A DNA stretch of 63,254 nucleotides from positions 1-63,254 of the forward strand of contig JAZREI010000140.1 of the NCBI GenBank assembly GCA_045660685.1. Direction: 5' to 3'. Shown here one piece after another: positions 62,182 to 63,254 of the stretch. Made by a program: the position numbers and the translations under genes. Numbering within the stretch: position 1 is the first letter of the stretch; every line of letters starts with the position of its first letter. A model generated the notes under the pieces. The model did not search any database, was not told where the DNA came from, and worked only from the letters and a program-made list of their open reading frames with translations. Source of the DNA: Oscillospiraceae bacterium. GTDB taxonomy: Bacteria; Bacillota; Clostridia; Oscillospirales; Oscillospiraceae.

Positions 62182-62215
62182 GAAAAGCACACCGAACGGT
62201 GTGCTTTTCTTTTTG
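62182..62215 (+). terminator. Intrinsic terminator after the tRNA pair
   Basis: GAAAAGCACACC-GAA-CGGTGTGCTTTTC followed by TTTTT. Confidence 0.8.
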
Positions 62216-62592
62216 GCGTAATCGGGTATTTTCGCCCATCGTCGCTATGCGACGGTGGGCGAATCCCTGCAGCCTCGTCCTCGCGAATTGCGTATCGCTG
62301 TCCGCTTGTAAACAAGCGGAGGGCGCTCACTTCATTGCTCGTCCTCTTCACCACACATCCACTTCGTTGGGATGTGCGGTGATTTTTTATTTCATATAGC
62401 AAACCACAGCCTACCGCTTGGCAGGAGCTTACCACGCCCCCATGGTGAATCACAGCCCTCCCCGTGTTTTTTCTTCATCACTTTGCTAATTTTTTGTAAA
62501 CTTTAAAAAAGGACTTGTAAATTTCTGTAACTTTTATTATAATGTCAGCATCTATCATTATGTGATAATATACTCTGAAAGAGGTAAGATCT

Positions 62593-63254
62593 ATGAAGCG
62601 AACCATCGGCAAACTGATTACCATGTTGCTTTGCCTTACTATGCTCGTAAGCCTGTTGCCTGCAACGGCTTTGGCGGCTCCCACCCTTGACGACATTACC
62701 GATAAGCTTCCCACGCTGGAAGAAATCGGCAAGCTGCCCGAGCTGGCCGCCACTCCCACTCCCCCTGACCCCACCGGTGCGTGCGGTGTGTCCATGAACT
62801 GGCACCTGTCCCTTTCCACCGGTGTGCTGACCATCAGCGGCAACGGTGCAATGTATGACTGGAACGGCTCCGAGCACGCACCTTGGTACGCCTACCGCGG
62901 CATCATCAAGACTGTTATCATGGAAGAAGGTATCCCCTCCATCGGCAATGACGCCTTTGACAGTCTTTCCAACCTGACTGCTATTCAGCTGCCCGAAAGT
63001 CTGGAACGCATCGGCAACCGTGCCTTTGTGGGCTGCGAAAAGCTGGCAGACATCACCCTGCCCGAAGGCATCACCGAAATTGGCAGTGCTGCTTTTGAAG
63101 GCTGCGCCGCACTGACCAAGGTGACCCTGCCCTCCGCGATCCACAATGCATCCGAGGGCATGTTCCGTGGCTGCACCTCTCTGACCGAGGTGATCTTCCC
63201 CGAAGGTGAAACCGAACTGGGCGCTTTCGCATTTGAGGGCTGCACCGCTTTGAA
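62593..63254 (+). CDS. Second BspA-type leucine-rich-repeat surface protein, N-terminal part (runs off the window end)
   Basis: Not in the ORF track because it has no stop in the window. My translation reads MKRTIGKLITMLLCLTMLVSLLPATALAAPTLDD...GVLTISGNGAMYDW...IPSIGNDAFDSLSNLTAIQLPESLERIGNRAFVGCEKLADITLPEGITEIGSAAFEGC... Promoter TTGTAA-17-TATAAT lies at 62514-62542. Confidence 0.8.
   Translation, partial: MKRTIGKLITMLLCLTMLVSLLPATALAAPTLDDITDKLPTLEEIGKLPELAATPTPPDPTGACGVSMNWHLSLSTGVLTISGNGAMYDWNGSEHAPWYAYRGIIKTVIMEEGIPSIGNDAFDSLSNLTAIQLPESLERIGNRAFVGCEKLADITLPEGITEIGSAAFEGCAALTKVTLPSAIHNASEGMFRGCTSLTEVIFPEGETELGAFAFEGCTAL

Overview
This 63.3-kb chromosomal window looks like a moderately high-GC Firmicutes/Clostridia genome. 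I would guess Oscillospiraceae/Ruminococcaceae-like, from gene content and codon style only; no search was possible.

Gene content, in order:
- 1-5.6 kb: the right-hand end of a prophage-like element, all read on the minus strand. It holds a scaffold protein with an L27-like leader, a phage-encoded Prp protease, portal, TerL, TerS, a Cro-like HTH gene and a divergent CI/S24 repressor.
- 5.6-22 kb: ordinary core and accessory genes. These are DegV, a large membrane protein, a ComEC-type MBL hydrolase, a Kv-like K+ channel with RCK_C domains, an oppBCDF-oppA peptide ABC system, an alpha/beta hydrolase, a KdpD-C/KdpE-like two-component pair and PepT.
- 22-31.7 kb: an orphan hypothetical gene, a stand-alone tRNA-Arg(CCT), a DUF1643 protein, a transglutaminase-like lipoprotein, an orphan family-5 SBP, ProC and a heterodimeric ABC exporter.
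- 31.8-41.8 kb: SerA/SerC, MtaB, a cysteine desulfurase, an AI-2E transporter, a DD-carboxypeptidase, Pgi and a tiny P-loop protein.
- 42-52.4 kb: a BspA-type LRR protein with SLH anchors, LysR plus an SNF transporter, YhcH, an S4 protein plus MurC, UDG family 4 plus a GNAT, and two small orphan genes.
- 52.4-63.3 kb: a cytidylate-kinase-like protein, a two-gene G3E/COG0523 metallochaperone cassette with an extreme His/Cys-rich insert, a GH2 + GPH transporter + AraC locus (possible glucuronide utilisation), a GH25 muramidase, tRNA-Thr/tRNA-Tyr and a second (partial) LRR protein.

I found no CRISPR array, IS element, integrase or recognisable defence system, and no clear-cut novel multi-gene system.

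The observations most worth a second look:
1. Two families of dispersed, structured intergenic repeats whose copies differ by compensatory (stem-preserving) substitutions.
2. A vestigial second 5' end of the cysteine desulfurase gene that differs only synonymously from the live copy.
3. The prophage-like element's lysogeny switch sits directly against the terminase genes, with an operator palindrome just upstream of terS. This is a PBSX/GTA-like minimal architecture.
4. The G3E cassette.
5. A tRNA-Arg with a covarying 19:56 elbow pair.

All family assignments come from motifs read by eye and need HMM/BLAST confirmation.
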